Shown here: positions 1-11,999 of the stretch, in pieces | Layout of the letters: every line of letters begins with the position of its first letter | Numbering within the stretch: position 1 is the stretch's first letter | Origin: Mizuhopecten yessoensis | Lineage: Eukaryota | DNA length: 64,000 nt | Reading direction: 5' to 3' | NCBI RefSeq assembly: GCF_002113885.1 | Contig: NW_018407563.1 | Location: 507,187-571,186 of the forward strand | Position numbers and translations under genes: made by a program | Notes under the pieces: generated by a model | Told to the model about the DNA's origin: nothing | The model's input: the letters and a program-made list of their open reading frames with translations, nothing else | Database searches by the model: none

Positions 1-413
1 TATTTTAGGTAAGTTTACCTGGTGGTCTATCACATATTTTAGGTAGGTTTACCTGGTGATCTATTACATATTTTAGGTAGGTTTACCTGGTGATCTATTA
101 CATATTTCAGGTAAGTTAACCTGGTGATCTATTACATATTTTAGGTAAGTTTACCTGTTGATCTATTACATATTTTAGGTAAGTTTACCTGGTGATCTAT
201 TACATACTTTAGGTAAGTTTACCTGGTGATCTATTACATACTTTGGGTAAGTTTACCTGGTGATATATTACATATTTTTGGTAAGTTTACCTGGTGATCT
301 ATTACATACTTTAGGTAAGTTTACCTGGTGATCTATTACATATTTTAGGTAAGTTTACCTGGTGTTCTATTATATATGTTAGGTAAGTTTACCTGGTGAT
401 CTATTACATATTT
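1..413. repeat. 34-bp minisatellite, about 12 copies (TATTACATATTTTAGGTAAGTTTACCTGGTGATC), runs off left edge
   Basis: Period 34 read directly; unit spans the SPTLC1 exon 10 donor. Confidence 0.95.
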
Positions 414-488
414 TTTCCCACAGCAGAAGCCTCCACATGTTCCCATGGAATTTTCAAGTGTTGCAGCAATCAAGTCTACCTCATCTCG
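393..488 (-). CDS. SPTLC1: SPTLC1 exon 10 (RDEVDLIAATLENSMGTCGGFCCGKKYVIDHQ); gene continues beyond left edge
   Basis: GGFCCG...VIDHQ; EN in place of the PLP-binding Lys, as expected for the LCB1 subunit. Confidence 0.96.
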
Positions 489-715
489 CTGAAATTCAAG
501 GAAATGTCTTAGTATTGCTGATGATGGTGGACTAAAAAGTGTCTCGTGAAAAATATTCCATAGATAATTTACAACTTTCTTTCATACTGATAATATGCAC
601 AAAGTTTCATTGGAGTCTATGCTTAACTTTGCATGGAAGCTATAATTTTTTTGTTTTATTCAAGAATGAGGAAGGGTCATATTTCAGAGTTCGTGTCTTA
701 CACCATTTTACTTAC

Positions 716-823
716 TGAAATATCATAGTACTCTGTGACACCTTTGCCATTCGCCCCTAGGACACCAAAGGATAGGCTTTCCTCCATAAACAGTCGCAGC
801 TTGTATTTCCACTTCAGTGCGAC
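716..823 (-). CDS. SPTLC1: SPTLC1 exon 9 ([36 protein letters not shown])
   Basis: [15 protein letters not shown] motif; AG/GT bounded. Confidence 0.97.
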
Positions 824-1007
824 CTGAAAACAATTTGATCAATAATTGGCTTTCATTACAAGTCCTTAAATCTAAAATCATTTCCAAATCCCTTCAACAT
901 TGACTTCCTTAGTTTGGGATAACATTTTACTTCTATATTGTCTTAGAGCTGGAATAATACAAAACTTTGATATTAACAAGTGATCCTAGTCTAGGTTGCT
1001 GTCTCGT

Positions 1008-1195
1008 GGTCAGGTGGCGCAGTGGATCGGACGTGAAAAGGTATGGGGTTACCTGCCTGACCACTTGGGTTTAATCTGGGTACTCCAGTTTCCTCCCACA
1101 TTAAGAACCCCTCCCCCCTTGTTAATATAAGTTGATATAACTTGTTTTATAATTGTTGTACACTTAATAAAGTTTATTATTATTATTATTATTAT
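1008..1195 (+). mobile_element. tRNA-derived SINE, internally deleted, with (TTA)n tail
   Basis: A-box-like GTGGCGCAGTGG, GGGTACTCCAGTTTCCTCCCAC core typical of metazoan SINEs, AATAAA plus TTA tail. Confidence 0.6.
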
Positions 1196-1483
1196 TCTGT
1201 CTTGTATGGAGTCAAATTCAATTTTGCATTTATTTGTGCATTAAAACTCATTCTGACATTCAGCAATTGTATGTTCAGGGAGCAGGTGGGGCTTTCTAAC
1301 AAGATCTTACAAAAATAATATCTATGAAATTCTCGTTAAAAAAGATGGTATATCATATGAATTGTTTTTCAGTGGTTTTCAACAACAAGAAAACTTAAGA
1401 TTATGTGCATGTTAAAAAGTACAATATCAGGTATTATATAACAACACATTCCCCCCTACTTCAATACTACGAGTACAGCTTAC

Positions 1484-1573
1484 CAGTTGAGGGAGCGGAC
1501 AAATGTCAGCATAGTTCATGTATAGTCCCTCCACCACTAGAAAGCGCCGAGTGACTTTGGCTTTCTTGGGAAT
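1484..1573 (-). CDS. SPTLC1: SPTLC1 exon 8 ([30 protein letters not shown])
   Basis: [14 protein letters not shown] motif; AG/GT bounded. Confidence 0.97.
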
Positions 1574-2413
1574 CTGACAAACAAATAATATTCACATTAT
1601 ATGTACAGTATAACTAGCAAAAATAACTACACCTCTTTCCCAGTTCTCCTTTAATATCACAAATGTTTCAAATATCAAATAAACTGTCGCTCTGGGAAAT
1701 GAAAGTAACCATCAATATCCCATTTGTATTAAGAAATGTGTTACCTTCGATGTTATTGTGAATTAAACATTACTAAATAACCTGGAGAGTATGATATATT
1801 AGATTATCAAACAATTATTGTGTTGAGATCTAGATGAGGTTAGTCCGAACAAGGGCTACTTTCCTTTCCTGTACCACGACATGCAGACAAATGATATACC
1901 TGTACTACCTTGAATGGATATCATAAATAGCGTGCCATATGAATAATGTCTGATGGTACAAAGGGTTTGTACTAAACATAAAATCATTGATTACTTTGAC
2001 ATTTTTGAATAAGATTTCACTGGTTGTAAACTTTTCTGATACTGGAAAAACAACCATATTTTTTCCATTTTTCCAATGTGATTACTGCCAAAAGAATAGT
2101 GGGAACCCATCTTTAGTAAACATGTGCTATAATGAGACAAATGTTATTGTCTATACCCTGTACATATGTCAAAGGAACTGGTTAAAAAAACTGAAGAACC
2201 TATGGGACAAAAAATCCACGAATAATTACAATCAGGTTTTTTTTCATTTTCTCTTTTTTTCATGGTGCATACACTACTATCATATAAACTGAATAGATTG
2301 TATGTATGTATATTTGCGTGTGTGACATAATTTGTTTGATCCAGACATCGCAATATCTTTTCAATTATTACAATGATCACCAGGACCCCTCTGACAGATG
2401 CCTGCCCGTTTAC

Positions 2414-2543
2414 CTTTTTGTCCTCCTCCTGTTGGATCTTCAGCAGCCTCTCCAAGTCCTCCATGTCGTTGTGTTTGAACCACTTGATGGCACTACGAGA
2501 TGCCACCAGGCCTTTCTGTATGGCGAAACACACTCCGTCGTCT
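2414..2543 (-). CDS. SPTLC1: SPTLC1 exon 7 ([34 protein letters not shown]..)
   Basis: FAIQKGL..FKHNDM.DLERLL; lies inside ORF 2144..2533; AG/GT bounded. Confidence 0.97.
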
Positions 2544-2910
2544 CTGTTGACAGAAATGGGTTGTACCGGGGGTATATACCATTTTTTTCTCTCTCACAAT
2601 TCCAACCAAAAATAAAATAATTGTTTTTTTAATATTTGTTTTAGTTATCATAAGAATTTGAGTACGTAGTACTTTTAAGAATTAAAGCCTATTACAGGTT
2701 GGTAGTGACATGCTTAGAAAATCAGTTAACAGGAAGGCTAAGAAACAATTTTCAACAATATTATTGTAACATAGAATCAAATATTTGAGTAAAAACAAAA
2801 AACTCAGATCCGTAGTACATAATTTACTACAACATGCATACCATTTTTATAAAGACCTGATGCAAGTCAAGACATAAGTTGTTAAACAATATTTACAGAA
2901 GTGAACCTAC

Positions 2911-3043
2911 ACAAATATGACATCCCCTCGTTTGGAGTAGGCTGGGATGGCACTGGCTATGGTGGCGAAACCGTAAGAGTACAGGATGCTTTCCTCACAA
3001 TCCATAAACTTGGCAAACTTTTCCTCCAGGTCGAGATGTACAT
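2911..3043 (-). CDS. SPTLC1: SPTLC1 exon 6 ([45 protein letters not shown])
   Basis: Near-identical to human [20 protein letters not shown]; AG/GT bounded. Confidence 0.97.
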
Positions 3044-3046
3044 CTG

Positions 3047-4206
3047 TACAAACAAGGTCACACTATCACTGGTTGTCACCTCCATACACTGGTGTATCGA
3101 ACCATGTACATACAAACAATGTCACACTATCACTGGTTGTCACCTCCATACACTGGTGTATCAAACCATGTACATACAAACAATGTCACACTATCACTGG
3201 TTGTCACCTCCATACACTGGTGTATCAAACCATGTACATACAAACAATGTCACACTATCACTGGTTGTCACCTCCATACACTGGTGTATCAAACCATGTA
3301 CATACAAACAATGTCACACTATCACTGGTTGTCACCTCCATACACTGGTGTATCAAACCATGTACATACAAACAATGTCACACTATCACTGGTTGTCACC
3401 TCCATACACTGGTGTATCAAACCATGTACATACAAACAATGTCACACTATCACTGGTTGTCACCTCCATACACTGGTGTATCAAACCATGTACATACAAA
3501 CAATGTCACACTATCACTGGTTGTCACCTCCATACACTGGTGTATCAAACCATGTACATACAAACAATGTCACACTATCACTGGTTGTCACCTCCATACA
3601 CTGGTGTATCAAACCATGTACATACAAACAATGTCACACTATCACTGGTTGTCACCTCCATACACTGGTGTATCAAACCATGTACATACAAACAATGTCA
3701 CACTATCACTGGTTGTCACCTCCATACACTGGTGTATCAAACCATGTACATACAAACAATGTCACACTATCACTGGTTGTCACCTCCATACACTGGTGTA
3801 TCAAACCATGTACATACAAACAATGTCACACTATCACTGGTTGTCACCTCCATACACTGGTGTATCAAACCATGTACATACAAACAATGTCACACTATCA
3901 CTGGTTGTCACCTCCATACACTGGTGTATCAAACCATGTACATACAAACAATGTCACACTATCACTGGTTGTCACCTCCATACACTGGTGTATCAAACCA
4001 TGTACATACAAACAACGTCACACTATCACTGGTTGTCACCTCCATACACTGGTGTATCAAACCATGTACATACAAACAAGGTCACACTATCACTGGTTGT
4101 CACCTCCATACACTGGTGTATCAAACCATGTACATACAAACAATGTCACACTATCACTGGTTGTCACCTCCATAAACTGGTGTATCAAACCATGTACATA
4201 TAAACC
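3047..4206. repeat. 64-bp minisatellite, about 18 near-identical copies, abutting the SPTLC1 exon 6 acceptor
   Basis: Unit TACATACAAACAATGTCACACTATCACTGGTTGTCACCTCCATACACTGGTGTATCAAACCATG; explains the three overlapping plus-strand ORFs. Confidence 0.97.
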
Positions 4207-4255
4207 AATTTAACTTTAAAGGGTAAGTTTTGATCAACAACTCTAGTGTACTAAT

Positions 4256-4541
4256 TAGTTTGTTTAGATGGCGAGTTGGTGACCAACATTGGATATTTCA
4301 AATGAAGTAGTTTGTTTAGATGGTGACCCACACTGGGTATTTCAAATTTAGTAGTTTGTTTAGATGGTGACCCACACTGGGTTTTTCAATTTTAGTAGTT
4401 TGTTTAGATGGTGAACCACACTGGGTTTTTCAAATTTAGTAGTTTGTTTAGATGGTGACCCACACTGGATTTTTCAATTTTAGTAGTTTGTTCAGATGGC
4501 GACCCACACTGGGTATTTCAAATTTAGTAGTTTGTTTAGAT
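4256..4541. repeat. 44-bp tandem repeat, about 6 copies
   Basis: AGTAGTTTGTTTAGATGGTGACCCACACTGGGTATTTCAAATTT, period 44. Confidence 0.9.
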
Positions 4542-4733
4542 ATACATGTATTAGGTGTTATATGTTTAATTTGACTACTAAAACAATTAATCTATTTTTA
4601 CATTTGTTGTAAGTACGGGTATGAATCTGAATGCTAGTGAATTTTCATTGCATTTACATCCCTATCAAATTTATCTTATGTAAATGATAATCAAATTGGT
4701 TGCTAACTTAATACCTTGTCATGTTATCCTACT

Positions 4734-5836
4734 ACAAGAGATCCCAGAGAGATCTTGGCGCCCACCTTTGTACCATCTTCATTAGTTCTTTGTCAGTTCG
4801 ATCTTTTCTCTTCTTTCCTCTAATCTGTTTGATCGAGTCATGTTAACAGTAAATGCACCTTGAGGTAACTTTTGATCTAAACTTAATACTGATGTGTATG
4901 AAAGCCAACCTTCAAAGTGAGTTTGTCATTTCACATATTTACTAGTACAGTACTTAATGTGAAAGAAATAGAATCGATCATTGCAATATGAGAAAGATCT
5001 GTTTAGTTCTTCTTTTAATCCATTTTGTTTTTATGATCAGTCTCAAAATATAACATACACAACGAGGGATCAAGGGGAACCTACATTTAAAATTTGAGAA
5101 AGANNNNNNNNNNNNNNNNNNNNNNNNNNNNNNNNNNNNNNNNNNNNNNNNNNNNNNNNNNNNNNNNNNNNNNNNNNNNNNNNNNNNNNNNNNNNNNNNN
5201 NNNNNNNNNNNNNNNNNNNNNNNNNNNNNNNNNNNNNNNNNNNNNNNNNNNNNNNNNNNNNNNNNNNNNNNNNNNNNNNNNNNNNNNNNNNNNNNNNNNN
5301 NNNNNNNNNNNNNNNNNNNNNNNNNNNNNNNNNNNNNNNNNNNNNNNNNNNNNNNNNNNNNNNNNNNNNNNNNNNNNNNNNNNNNNNNNNNNNNNNNNNN
5401 NNNNNNNNNNNNNNNNNNNNNNNNNNNNNNNNNNNNNNNNNNNNNNNNNNNNNNNNNNNNNNNNNNNNNNNNNNNNNNNNNNNNNNNNNNNNNNNNNNNN
5501 NNNNNNNNNNNNNNNNNNNNNNNNNNNNNNNNNNNNNNNNNNNNNNNNNNNNNNNNNNNNNNNNNNNNNNNNNNNNNGTACTTCTTGAGAAATAGCGATA
5601 ACAAACTTTCAATATCAAAATCCAAGATGGCTGCCTGTCGGCCATGTTGTTTATCCGATCAGTCTCAAAAGTTGCCCTGCACAGCGAAGGACCAAGGGGA
5701 ACCTACATATAAAATTTGAGAAAGATCCCTCTTGTACTTCTTGAGAAATAGCGATAACAAGAATTGTTTACGGATGGACGACGGACAACGGACGCAGCGT
5801 GATTTGAATAGCCCACCATCAGATGATGGTGGGCTA
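4734..5836 (+). mobile_element. Helentron-associated non-autonomous element (HINE/DINE-1-like), family A, spanning an N gap
   Basis: ACAAGAGATCCCAGAGAGATCTTGG start, internal 156-bp unit, terminal hairpin TAGCCCACCATCA/TGATGGTGGGCTA followed by an A run; inverted homologue at 30361-32342. Confidence 0.75.
5104..5577. other. Assembly gap (474 N)
   Basis: N run. Confidence 1.
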
Positions 5837-5910
5837 AAAAACCAATTCAATATTTCTACCTCTCAGCTGATGTGTTCAGCAAATAAACCCGAGTACGAGA
5901 CCAGCCTTAC

Positions 5911-5983
5911 CCATTGTTCCATAGAAACCTCTCGGACCACAAGATCCAACACCATACTTTCTCATAGTCTTGACTGCAGCATC
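5911..5983 (-). CDS. SPTLC1: SPTLC1 exon 5 ([24 protein letters not shown])
   Basis: [15 protein letters not shown] signature, including the Cys equivalent to human C133. Confidence 0.97.
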
Positions 5984-6160
5984 CTACAACAAAAACAATT
6001 TAAGAATATCAATTCTTGGACAAACGACAGATCATTTATCAAGAAGTTGAAATTACATTCCGAGATCGTCTTCAGAAAGCACATAAAGTGGCTGCTTTCT
6101 TGTCGGTAATCTCTTAATATTGGTTCTGTTAACATGATGAAATATCAGCAGCAGAGCATT

Positions 6161-6268
6161 TAACAGTGGTCTTAACACAGTTGGGTCTCATAACAGAAGT
6201 GGTCTTAACACAGTTGGGTCTCATAACAGAAGTGGTCTTAACACAGTTGGGTCTCATAACAGTGGTCA
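6161..6268. repeat. About 33-bp tandem repeat, 3 copies
   Basis: AACAGAAGTGGTCTTAACACAGTTGGGTCTCAT. Confidence 0.8.
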
Positions 6269-6589
6269 CTCGAGCAGGTCTTACAACAAACTGGAAGTAT
6301 TTTAAGCAAGCAAAGTGCCTTTAAAATCTGTCCAAATTTTGTTTGATGTTTCAGGCCATTCATGAATGTCCTAACCTCATTTCATTATTGATAGAGATTT
6401 CAATGTAATTATGGATCTTCTTGGTTAATAATACAGCAACATCACCTGGTATTTTACTATACAATATATACTACTGATTATTGTTTGCATAATTTGGTAA
6501 TATTGTACACAGCATAACATTGCTTAAGTATTTTTTAAGGAATTGTTTAACATAAACTTTAAATCTTACTCAATGCATCAATATATCTT

Positions 6590-6815
6590 TGGTTTTGTTT
6601 GTTTGTGTTTTACGTCCTATTAACAACAGTTATGGTCGTTTAAGGACGTGCCAGGTTTTGGTGGTGGAGAGAAAGTCAGACTACCCGGAGAAAAAACACA
6701 GACCTACGGCTAGTACCTGAGGACTGCCCCACGTAGGTCTTAAACCCACGACCCAGTGGTGGAGGGCTAGTGGTAGCAGATGTCAGATGCCTTAACCACT
6801 TGGCCTCCCTCCCCC
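6590..6815 (-). mobile_element. tRNA-derived SINE, with further copies at 11275-11400 (partial) and 40918-41078
   Basis: tRNA-like head (GGCCAAGTGGTTAAGGCATCTGAC..) on minus strand, (AAAC)n tail; three homologous copies in window. Confidence 0.75.
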
Positions 6816-6833
6816 ATCAATATATCACTACTT

Positions 6834-7856
6834 CATACCTGCTAAATGACCCTATCACCCGTGACGATCTTATGACCCGCGCGGGTCATACGTGCGGGTC
6901 ATACGTATCTCCCGCATTCCGTAAATATGACCCGCAATCCCCCCCATCCGCGTCTTTTATTAGGATCTCCGTACTTCCGGAAATGTTCCGTTCGTGTCTC
7001 TCGGAAGTTTAGCTTTCAGTTATAGGTTAAGTCTGTATACATGTACTAAGTGATTTGTTTTCACAATGGTGTCCCTGTTTCGGAACCAGCATGACAAAAT
7101 CAAAAGGTGAGTACTGTTCACTGTTACTACAATGCATATAATCCCGATCGTAGCGCTTGTCACTTCACTTTCACAAATGGCTTCTAACCCAAGAAAACGT
7201 TCGTTATTTTATTGTTCATCGTCAAAAAAGAAAAAGTATGCCTATAATTACAATGATTCGTGGGAAAAAGATTATGACTGGCTTCAGAAGAGTAATATTG
7301 GACCCGATATGTAAACCTATTGCCTATTGTAAACTGTGTACCAATCATTTTTCGGTAGCTTCGGGTGCTACGAACAATATCAAAAGGCATGCAGTTAAAG
7401 AACCCTTTAAGAATGATCTTAGTTTTTGTGTGTTGTGTAGGCTGATGAAGACATGTTTGGTACGTATACTTTCAGTGATCATCATGAGTAAATGCTGACC
7501 CTGAGAGAACATTTTCCATGTTGAAGAAGATCCAGACAGAAGGGAGATCTGAATAAGGAAATGATACAAATGTGCTTTGTTATGTGCAAAACTAAATCAA
7601 CATGGTTCATGCTTTCAGTATGCACCTAGGAAAAGAAAAACATGTATATTGATTACGAATACGTAATAAAACAATGAAGGTGTGATAAAATGTTTTGTTA
7701 ATTTTTAGAAGACAAAACATAATACGCCTTAAAGCCGAGACCCCGCGAAATTATTAAATTTCCACACAAATTTTCGTTCGCGCGTTATCACCCCCCACAG
7801 AATTTCACAATGGGGGTCATGACCCCCATTGGGAGATTCGAAGCTTAGCAGGTCTG
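6834..7856 (+). mobile_element. Internally deleted hAT-type DNA transposon with zinc-finger remnant
   Basis: TIRs CATACCTGCTAA / TTAGCAGGTCTG, flanking duplication CTACTT; broken ORF KKKKYAYNYNDSWEKDYDWL..AYCKLCTNHFSVASGATNNIKRH (BED-like finger). Confidence 0.8.
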
Positions 7857-8206
7857 CTACTTAGATAAGTCATCAAAAATAATATGGCACTAAACACAAT
7901 TTTGTTAAATGTGTAAAAGCCTCTCTAACATGTCACAAAGATACCAGAAATTATCTATGACAATGTATAGATATCTGTAGTAGCTACAATCAGACAAAAA
8001 TGAAATAATAAACTACAAATATTTCTTACATGTTTCTATTCCCAAAAAGATATTTTTGCATGGTTCAATATAGAAGTTCCCTGATGATGAATGTAAATGA
8101 CAAAAAGAAAAAGATAAAACCATTGGCTCTACTGAAAACAATTGTAATACCTCTTGAATGGTTTTTTTATATCTGTGTCAACTCATTAACAGTGTGTGAT
8201 ACCTAC

Positions 8207-8300
8207 CACTATTTCCGGCCGACATGACATCCCCAGGAAGTTCAGAGTTGCCATGTTAACACATTTTTTCCCGTTGATTTCGACATATTTTCCTGGTGGT
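8207..8300 (-). CDS. SPTLC1: SPTLC1 exon 4 (PPGKYVEINGKKCVNMATLNFLGMSCRPEIV)
   Basis: AG/GT bounded; NGKxCxNxAxxNFLG motif. Confidence 0.94.
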
Positions 8301-8936
8301 CTAAAAAAAAATAAAAAAATCTTAATGTACTGGGTAACTTAGAGACAGGGCATCACAAGTGATACAAATCCCCGCCTTTATACATGCTGAGACCTATATT
8401 AAGAGGTGGACAATTCAATGACTGCTCTAACAATTGCATTCTTCAATAAACAATAGATTTCCCTAGACCCGGATGACACTTCACGTCAAATAATGCCGTG
8501 AAGTGGTCCAGTGTTGTAAACACTATTATATCGTGTGACTACAGTTCCTAGTGCAAGAACACGTTTTTAGTGTTTTAGGCAAAATAAAACAACCTCAAAG
8601 TGAGACTGTTCTCCTGTATCTATGAAATATACACGACACACTGGTAAAGCACTACCTACTGACTCGGCTACAGAGAAATTCTCTTTAGCAGCATTTTCTC
8701 CAGAAGGGGGGATTGTGAACATCAACCCCATAAACTTCTATATTCTGCCTATATCACACTATCAATGGAACCCCCACCCCCCATTTTTTTCAAACCTTGA
8801 TAAAACACTGCTTCATCTAATCTAGTGCTATATAGCGTTAGACTTGTTCCAGGTTCAATCTCAAAGAATAATTAATTCTGTTACATAAACATTACACAAA
8901 GAGGATTTTATTGATAAGATAAAATCAATATAATAT

Positions 8937-9464
8937 CAGGGTTTGAATTTAAGCTCGCATACTCGCGAAAAGCGAGTGCAAATTGCAAACTGCGAGTAGA
9001 GATTTCAGACACCAGCATTTTTTTGCGAGTGAAAATTTTGGGCTGAATAATCCTCATTTCTAATGGTCGGTCTTTACAAATTCTTTCTTTGACAACTCGC
9101 GGTCATTTAAGCGCATTCTTGTCATTCGCCAAATGAATGATTCAGCTTTTGTCATTAACGGAAGTTTACAATCGATACATGTCCCGTGCGCATGTCCGTT
9201 AGGAAGTACCTGCACAAATAATGATGACGTTTACCGCATGCATGATGTTTTTCGGTAATCTATTTTTAGTTACTATTTATAGCGCAAATACGATAGGCTT
9301 GACTAGTCACGTGGTTGTATTGGNTTTAGAATTGAATTCTAAGTTAACATGTCTAATAAAGTTGGAAAAATGCAAATTGCAAGTTGTTTTCTCATTTAGC
9401 AAGTAAGAAAAAATACCACTTGCGAAAAAATGCAAGTAGAAAATCTGGTTAAATTCGAACCCTG
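8937..9464. mobile_element. hAT-type MITE
   Basis: TIR CAGGG(G)TTTGAATTTAA / TTAAATTCGAACCCTG; perfect 8-bp TSD TATAATAT (8929-8936, 9465-9472). Confidence 0.88.
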
Positions 9465-9781
9465 TATAATATACCACACAAAAACTAAATTGAAGAAAAA
9501 GGGCCTTAGACAAAATAATAGAAGAAAATGGAGAACATTTTTCGATACATAAAAGATAGGGAGGGGAAGGGATTCTAGAAACTTTGAGAGATGACTCCTG
9601 TCAAAGCAAACATAAATTTCGGTGATATTATAATACCGGTATAACGTTCAAGAAGACAGCAGCGATCAAGGACTGTATCAAATTGACACCAGTCTGACAT
9701 ATCAATGTCACTTATAAACTTCCCTTGCACTTGTTCTTGGGAATATATCTAACTCGACAACTGACCAGATTTGAGTATTAC

Positions 9782-9885
9782 CCTGTGACAAGGTTTTTCT
9801 CCAAAGACTGTAGCACTGGGTGATCTGGGGGCACATCCTGTTCTAGGGGGTCTGGTGTCCACTCTGCTATCAGCCCTTCTTCCTC
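9782..9885 (-). CDS. SPTLC1: SPTLC1 exon 3 (EEEGLIAEWTPDPLEQDVPPDHPVL..)
   Basis: AG/GT bounded, phase consistent; matches EKEELIEEWQPEPL. Confidence 0.93.
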
Positions 9886-10358
9886 CTACACACAACAACA
9901 AAACCATCCTTGTCATAATAAATGTTTGATAACCACTTTTTTTTTTTTGCTTTATCATATCTAGGCAACAGCAGACACAAGAACACATGAACAAAACATT
10001 ATAAGGTACAATGTAGTGTTACTTTGGTATAACTCACTTACTTTACTGATTTTCTTTACCTGCCATCTTTAGTTTTACGAATTGTCAACTTGCACATAAT
10101 TTCAGTTGAAATTCTGTCAATGATTCTTCCTGCTGATATTTTTAAAGCAAACAATTATATATGTATGTTCAAAAGCTTGTCAAGAATGATGACAAAAGCA
10201 CTTTAAAATATGAAGAGTTAGATATTCAGGATATTGTAACCAGTGTATTTAACATGCCTGCTTAACTTATTCACCCCTGAAGACACATTTAACTTGAGCT
10301 CTTTCTTTTCAAAGGTTGGAACAGTTCATTATGAAATTTTGGGGGTGAAAGTACTTAC

Positions 10359-10466
10359 CTTCTTTGTTAGGATGGTTTCAGGAGCACCAGCGAAGGACTT
10401 GGAGAACACTAGCTTGATAATCAGTACAATCAGGCAAACTTCAAAGATCAAGTGATACACAGGGGC
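10359..10466 (-). CDS. SPTLC1: SPTLC1 exon 2 (APVYHLIFEVCLIVLIIKLVFSKSFAGAPETILTKK, transmembrane helix)
   Basis: tttacag acceptor, gtaagt donor; matches human [23 protein letters not shown]. Confidence 0.93.
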
Positions 10467-10524
10467 CTGTAAACATGTCAACAATTGGAATTACTGTACA
10501 CGTCTTTGATTAAGTTGATACAAA

Positions 10525-10621
10525 TGAACTCATTCACCCCTGAAATTTCACAATGAACAATCCAAGCTATTTTTGGAAGAGTTCAAATGTGTCTCCACTC
10601 TTCAGGGGTGAATGAGTTAAT
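10525..10621. mobile_element. About 90-bp hairpin MITE with TTAACTCATTCACCCCTGAA termini; other copies near 10262, 18765, 22363, 23337, 25118, 53545, 60658, 61543
   Basis: Nine recognisable copies with terminal inverted repeats ending in TTAA. Confidence 0.8.
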
Positions 10622-11711
10622 AATTTTCAATTATGGAAAATAAATTGTTTATGATACTATAACCCATCAGCATTCAACTGCCTAATTTTGAAAATAATCA
10701 TCTATTATAGTTAGTACAGATTTTTTTTTAGATAATGGTGAAATGCTCACTGTAACCATTATAGAAAGTATTAAGATTTACTAAATGTTAAGTTCGTTAA
10801 AATGATACTGTTAATATTGAATTTCCATTTTGTACGTTTCATTTTCTAATTTTCTGTCTTTTTCTTCATATAACCATTTGATTGATTGCCACCTTGCTTT
10901 GGTCAGGAGGTCTTGCACATTTTGATGTCCCGGGAGCTATGCTTGAAGGTAAAGACCTACACTAGACTTGTGGAGAGGGAGGAACCAGATGAACAGCAAT
11001 CTATTCATGATTCATTTTCTATCAGACATTTTTTCTACATGTCACTGCAGCACAGGAAGAGTGTATGCTGGCACATTTGCAACAAAGTGTGTAATGCAAC
11101 CAATTGCGACAGTTGGGATCTTATTTTATCCTATCCTAGCACAAATTCTTTTCTTGAAGTTTATTCTTTCTAAATCCCCCCTTGCCTGACACCACCTTAC
11201 TTTTGGCTTTTGCATAATGTTCACCCATGTGAGGCATCAATGAGTTATATCTATCCCAAGGCCTGGGCATACCCCTTGGTTTGTGTTTTACATCCTTTTA
11301 ACAGCAATGGTCATTTAATTTATATATATAAGCCAATAAGGACATGCCAGGTTTTGGTGGTGGAGGATCAGGTTTTGGTGGTGGAGGATAGCCGGAGTTC
11401 CCAAATGAGGGATATGTGTTATATATGCATTTTCTAGATTTCCGCAGCTTTTCTTTAGAACACTGTCCTAATAAGCGTTATTATAAAAAGATGATTTAAT
11501 GAATAATATTATGATCAATAGAAAACCAAAGAAACACTTTCACAAATAGAATATTCACGCTATTGCTGTACTGTAGTTGTCTGCATTTTACATAATAACG
11601 TTTAGGCCCTACAGCACTTGTTAACCAATTTCTGACCCACACTTGAACCTGTAAAGCCCACCAGGATTGTCCCTGCCTAGACCAGAGACGATGGAAGGGT
11701 TGAGGGGGATT

Positions 11712-11999
11712 CAGGGGTTTATCTAGGATTTAGGGGAAACTACCTTTTTTTTAAATTGAGCGGAAAATTAAATCCCATGAGGGATTTTTTTCTTCACCAA
11801 AAACCTGCTTTTGAAAAAAAAAAATGTAAAATAGAACCCAAAATCTAAGAGGTATAAATATTTGATTATTTCACAAAGTTTTAACAAAACCTAGGGAAAA
11901 TTTTAACAATTTACTAAAATTCAGGGAAAATAAGCACAAATTTCCTGAGGGGAAAATACCCAATACCGGTAGAAAAAAAAGGACTAGATAAACCCCTTG
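11712..11999. mobile_element. MITE with hAT-like CAGGGG termini
   Basis: TIR CAGGGGTTTATCTAG / CTAGATAAACCCCT; TSD unclear. Confidence 0.65.

Noticed and set aside
2901-4213. Three long overlapping plus-strand ORFs (373-424 aa) with His/Cys/Thr repeats
   Set aside because: Artefact of a stop-free 64-bp unit cycling through all frames; antisense to an SPTLC1 intron
1-4541. CRISPR-like appearance of the 34-, 64- and 44-bp repeats
   Set aside because: Units are contiguous with no unique spacers; no cas genes; eukaryotic intronic context
4978-5645. ORFs containing long X runs
   Set aside because: They span the N gap
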